Positions 63,145 to 64,000 of a stretch of 64,000 nucleotides of DNA are shown here, one piece after another. Position numbers and translations under genes: made by a program. This DNA is from Hormiphora californensis (Eukaryota; Animalia; Ctenophora): contig CM035356.1 of the NCBI GenBank assembly GCA_020137815.1, positions 3,472,001 through 3,536,000 of the forward strand. The letters run 5' to 3'. How positions within the stretch are numbered: the stretch's first letter is position 1; each line of letters begins with the position of its first letter. The notes under the pieces are model-generated. The model did not search any database and was not told where the DNA came from. It saw nothing but the letters and a program-made list of their open reading frames with translations.

Positions 63145-64000
63145 CTAGAAAGTAACAATTGTTAGGAGAAGTGAGTCCTAATGTGAAGCAAACTGAAATT
63201 GACTCCGATACATTTGAATTTGAATTAAAAGAGTAATTTCAGTTCTATAATATGTATAACAGTCGGACCCCGATTTACCAGGATGTTCGGGGAAACGGTT
63301 TTGTCCAGTAAATCGAGGTGCCGGGTGCCGGGTATGTGATTCACATATCGGCATTATCACAATCGGGGCCAAAATGACAAATACCGTCAATTTCATATAT
63401 CGGAGGAAGTTAATCCTCCTGGTAAATTGTACGGTGCCAGCCACCGATTTGATTCTCAAATCTGAGCGTGCGACAGTGTACACAGATGGCATGGGGTCGG
63501 CGGCAACAGACAGCCGATAAATCGGGGTCCGATTGTAATGGGACATGGGTCTTCTGATAGACATATCACGGTGACCTGGTGCAGCCAGACAAGTATACAT
63601 TGCAAAATGTAATGTATAATGTATAGTGCAATGTATTTACCGCGCGTTTTTGGAATGATCGCGTAACGCGCGATAAAACTCATTTGTCGCAGTGCAGCAA
63701 CGCCGCGTATTTCAAATCAAAATCGTTGCGCGCGGCTTCTTTCGCGGAAAGAAAACAAAATCAAAAGTTTTGTGATCTCTCCAAAGACCAAAAGTTGGAA
63801 TGCGCTGCAGCCGGCAGCCCCCTCATGCGCATATTATAAGGGGCCTGCAACGTATGCCAAGACCAAAAGCTGTCTTGACGGTTGAAAAGCGCTGCCTTAT
63901 CCCGCGCTATCGGGGGCCAGCAACGTTTGCCAATCTTGACGGTGTGGACTGTGGAGTAAGCGCCCGTGCGGCACAAAAACGCTGTCTCCAGCTTTCTAAG

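Overview
Compact eukaryotic (animal) genomic DNA with short GT-AG introns, abundant (GA/CT)n tracts and many non-autonomous DNA transposons. The gene style and repeats suggest a ctenophore such as Pleurobrachia; this is inference, not demonstrated. Genes reconstructed by hand: intronless TEX9; multi-exon RPS6KC1/RPK118-like (PX-MIT-split pseudokinase); a PDZ+LRR gene (-); three rhodopsin-class GPCRs; a small leaderless FGF/IL-1-like beta-trefoil gene; a DEG/ENaC channel; a short PPP1R27/MYPT-like ankyrin gene (-); and TEX26. MITE/foldback elements with Kolobok-, Chapaev-, PIF/Harbinger-, Tc1/pogo-, Merlin/hAT- and piggyBac-type ends are present. The standout is a ~1 kb insertion at 54570-55549. 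It is a 5'-truncated copy of the Kolobok-type foldback family seen intact at 29072-30461, with massive one-strand A->G change in both arms. It is fused to a stem-loop plus (AGA)n tail and flanked by a 9-bp target-site duplication. This looks like an ADAR-hyperedited dsRNA that was reverse-transcribed back into the genome by LINE machinery. The assembly has indel errors and one apparently unpolished stretch (~18.85-20.4 kb), so frameshifts should be treated cautiously.
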